Of a DNA stretch of 64,000 nt, positions 62,150 to 64,000 are shown one piece after another. Source of the stretch: Sphaerodactylus townsendi. Its lineage: Eukaryota. Below the pieces are notes generated by a model. The model worked only from the letters and a program-made list of their open reading frames with translations, was not told where the DNA came from and made no database searches. Both the position numbers and the translations under genes were made by a program. Where the stretch lies: contig NC_059426.1 of NCBI RefSeq assembly GCF_021028975.2, positions 105,896,001-105,960,000 of the forward strand, given 5' to 3'. Each line of letters begins with the position of its first letter. Position 1 is the first letter of the stretch.

Positions 62150-63480
62150 CTGAGAAAGTGAAGTTTTAATTTGCAGATTACACCAAATTACATCGTTTAG
62201 TAAATGCTCTGGAAGATGGAGAAAACATACAGTCCGATTTGGATGCTTTGGAAAAATAGGGATATATGAACAAGATGTGATTGAATAGAGATGAATGCAC
62301 GGTTTTGCATGCGAGCAGTAAAATGTTATGCATGCATACTGGATGGGGAATACTGTTCTGGGTAAGCAGCCTGTGTGAACATGATTTTGGGGTTTGGTGG
62401 ATTGCAAATTGAGTAAGTGAAGCCAATGTAATACAGCAGCAAAGAAGGCAAATTCAATCTTAGGGTTTATCAACAGATGTGTGTGTCTTTGACACATGTA
62501 TCAAAGATGGGATTTCCACTCACCATGTTCTTGCAAGGATGATTTGATTCTCCTTTCTCCAGACCTGGTGCCCTGGAATAAATCCTCTCTTGGTAGTTTG
62601 ACCAAAATTGGGTTTGGGCTCTCACATACACATTAGAATACACCAACAAAATAATCAGGCTTTACTGAAAAGATTCAAGAACAGGTTCAGGCTTAAGCAT
62701 AAGGCAAAGGACAAGCAGGTGCAATAAAATAACAAAATCTAGTTTCCTAACATACACTTACATATGTGAAGGCAAGCAGGTTGCAAAAACTTCAAACCAG
62801 CAAAAGTAGCAAAAAAAAAAAAGGGGTAGGAGATGTTGCAAGATAGTCCCTGGCGCATTACTGGTTGTGACGACCTTATCGGGCCATGCTTGAAAAGACT
62901 TGTGACAGATGATTATAGGCTAACTTTATAGGACACTGAACTACTCACCAATATAAGCCAATAAAGAATGTGATCCAAAAGATGATTCTGGAAGAGTAGC
63001 AGTATCGTTCCTACTCATCTGACATCACTGAGGACAGTTCAGTGGGTTCAGTCAGATCACTTTTAAAATGCAAAGGTGTGATCTCAAACCCTTCATTTTA
63101 TCCTGGGAACAACAGAAAAGTTTGTAAGCGTTTGATACAGTTTTATATTGTTTTACTATTATTGTTCACCGCCCTGAGCCCTGCAGAAAAGAGCAGTTTA
63201 TAAATTGAAATATAAATATGGAACTCTCCCGGGGTTGTTCTTTAATGCTTGGATGTCACATTAGGAAGCAGGCTATCACTTTAAATATATGACATGACCA
63301 AATTGTGATGTTTAAACTGTCAGGTAGATTGATACAGAAGTGACCATCTCTCTTGATCTGTATACTGCTCTGGTCAAGCCCCATTTAGAGAATTGTGTTC
63401 AGTTGTAGAAGCCTTTTTGTAGGAAAAAAAAACCTTTAGAGCAGGTGCAGTGGAGAACAATAGGTATGATTAGGGGTTTG
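62150..63480 (+). mobile_element. Old CR1 RT fragment interrupted by an ~840-bp insert
   Basis: CR1-like taatttgcagattacaccaaatt...gcagcaaagaaggcaaat (62165-62490) resumes as tatactgctctggtcaagccccatttagag at about 63360. Confidence 0.7.
62497..63336. mobile_element. Possible solo LTR
   Basis: The insert in CR1 is bounded by TGTATCAA ... TTGATACA (TG..CA with an 8-bp inverted end). No TSD found. Confidence 0.35.
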
Positions 63481-64000
63481 ATAGCCATGTTGGTCTGCAG
63501 TAGAAGATTTCAGTTCAAGTCCAACAGGACTTTAGAGACCAATAAGATTTCTGGGGTAACGTTCTTGCAGTAAAAGTGCTAGATTCTTTCCTCTTCCTGG
63601 AGATTTTCAGGAGGCGCTGCATGGCCTGATTGTTTGCCAGGGCTTTTGAGGGGGTTGAATTGACAGGCATCTTTAAAGGAGGGAGGGGAGAAAGATTTTG
63701 GGTTTGCTATTTTATTTTTGGTTTTAAAATGGAATTTTAAAAAACTATTATTGTAAGCCACCTTAAACCCCAAGGGAAGGAAGAATATAAATGTTTTAAC
63801 AGATAAGTAAATAGATTCACATCCAGTAGCACCTTAAAGACTGAGATTTCCAACAGCCTTTGACTCTCAACAGCTTATACTCTGGAAATGTTCTTGGTCT
63901 TTTGAAGTGTTCCTTGATATAAATCTAGTTCTATTAGACATATAGTTAACTCCCAGTGTAATTCTAAAACTTTCTACACCCGTTGAACTCAGTGGACTTA

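Overview
This is vertebrate genomic DNA. The repeat content (Squam/Sauria-type SINEs, CR1, L2, hAT MITEs) points to a squamate, probably a gecko; this is inference. The only host coding sequence I can support is coding exon 1 of ABTB2 on the minus strand (ATG 60247, phase-1 GT donor at 59379), inside a CpG-island promoter. Everything to its left is most simply ABTB2 intron 1; I recognised no further exon. The intron is densely filled with transposons. These include two young near-identical CR1 LINEs in inverted orientation, older CR1/L2/L1 fragments, at least six non-autonomous hAT elements with 8-bp target-site duplications (TSDs), a non-autonomous Helitron with a nested SINE, and tRNA- and 5S-derived SINEs. 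I found no prokaryotic-type system and nothing I can claim as a proven new system. The best leads are: (1) hAT elements carrying variable CpG-island/promoter-like cargo; (2) the H2B-H2A histone-doublet nature of ABTB2 exon 1, with a strong-context uORF upstream; (3) a triple-nested Helitron; (4) an old long palindrome with asymmetric CpG retention; (5) a clean internal inversion inside a CR1. Family names are from recall, not database searches.
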